Assembly (NCBI RefSeq): GCF_001194135.2
Contig: NC_068985.1
Span: 38,402,797-38,466,796, forward strand
Reading direction: 5' to 3'
Length of the DNA: 64,000 nt
From: Octopus bimaculoides
Taxonomy: Eukaryota
Shown here: piece after piece, positions 62,736-64,000 of the stretch
How the letters are laid out: every line of letters begins with the position of its first letter
Numbering within the stretch: the first letter of the stretch is position 1
Notes under the pieces: model-generated
The model's database searches: none
Seen by the model: the letters and a program-made list of their open reading frames with translations, nothing else
Told to the model about the DNA's origin: nothing
Position numbers and translations under genes: made by a program

Positions 62736-63702
62736 TACTCCTCCATTTTTACAGGAACAACTCCCACCACTATTGGTAACACATCTCCCACCACGATTGT
62801 GAATTCCTCTCCCACCACTTTCATTCACTCAAAAACATCAACAGCTGTTACTATCAACTCCTAGCACCGTCGTTTAATAATACTTCCACCAGGTCCTACT
62901 TCCATTTTCACCAACTACCTACCACCAAAAGCGCCACCAATACAATTACCACCAACACCACCACTATTACCACCACCAAAACCACCACCATCACCACCAC
63001 CATCATCACCGCTACTACCGTCATCACCAACACCACCACCATTACCACCATCTTCACTACAACCACCACCACCATCTTCACCACCACCACTACCACCACC
63101 ATCATCCTATTAACAATACCTCCATCATGAACCTCATTAACACAATCAAACATTCTTTTTATTATTATTTCTAATATGCCCTGTGAAGCTAGATGGCTAT
63201 ATTTTTGCGTGAATAATCACAGCTGACATCTTGTTTGGATCCACCATTTCCCTTTCAACAGGCTTTCGTGTTTTTTAGAATTAAGCCGTTTTCTTCAATA
63301 CGTCTAAAACATATTCGTTTTTCTCTCACCATCTTTTGCTTTTTTTAAAACTCTTTTTCTATAATTCTTTGTCATATTACTTCGTTCATTCATGTTTCGG
63401 TTTGTGATTTGCTTTATTATAAGATAATTCAAGACTTTTTCATTACATGCGTGCACGCGCACACAGCAAGTGAATACCACAAACGTACACACGAAAGGGA
63501 CATGCTTACATTTCACCGTAACATACGTGTGAGTATGTATGCCTGCGAGTGCACGTGCGTGTATGTGTGTATGAGTGCGAGTGTGTGTGTGTATATGCAT
63601 ATTCATATATTTAGGAGAATATACAAATAATAACAACAGACGAGGACAGGTGGTGTAAACAACAAAAGGATGTATTAGTATGACGCTCGGGAATACGGAA
63701 AG

Positions 63703-63739
63703 TCTTTGACGTTTCGAGCTACGCTCTTCAACAGAAAGA
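63703..63739 (-). ncRNA. Minimal hammerhead-like motif of a second Penelope-like-derived repeat family
   Basis: UCUUU-CUGUUGA-A-GAGC-GUA-GCUC-GAAA-CGUC-AAAGA. Perfect 5-bp helix I, 4-bp helix II, GUC triplet; A6 is replaced by U. Confidence 0.5.
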
Positions 63740-64000
63740 ATACGGAGACAAGGAGAAAAACACGGAGAAAAAAAATTGAATAGTGTTCAGTCAACGGTCA
63801 ATCATAATAATGGCCGATCATAACAATGGCTGACCGGAAGTTAGAAATTCTTATTTCAGGAGAGCTAAGAAAGGGGGAGATAACAAACGGTGATCGGGAA
63901 CGAGGGGCTGTGTGTGGGAGGTAGAATGCTGGTGATCTTGACGTATTTATGTTACCATGATTTATATTCGTGTGATCACGTGATCCATTGGTGACTTCTT

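Overview
This is AT-rich eukaryotic genomic DNA from a gapped short-read assembly. About 30 N-runs are present, mostly flanked by microsatellites such as (TA)n or (TACA)n. The repeat landscape looks like a coleoid cephalopod, probably Octopus (inference from recognised repeat types). No rRNA, tRNA gene, CRISPR array or intact single-exon CDS can be supported, and nearly all ORF-track entries are microsatellite or N-gap artefacts. Supported content: (i) many copies of about four tRNA-headed SINE families, some with perfect target-site duplications (TSDs), including a three-unit chimeric SINE flanked by one 15-bp TSD; (ii) a degenerate R4/Dong-type RLE LINE, two more R4/Dong-type 3' ends tailed by (TAA)n, an RTE-like 3' end with a C2H2 finger, mariner relics and MITEs; (iii) four short Penelope-like-element-derived repeats carrying minimal hammerhead-ribozyme motifs; (iv) strongly spliced-looking minus-strand exons. 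These are a 237-bp exon at 41241-41477 and microexons at 34370-34392 and 29037-29062, which join in frame. The large exon is open end-to-end only if four UGA codons are read through or a 2-nt frameshift is assumed. The gene could not be identified.
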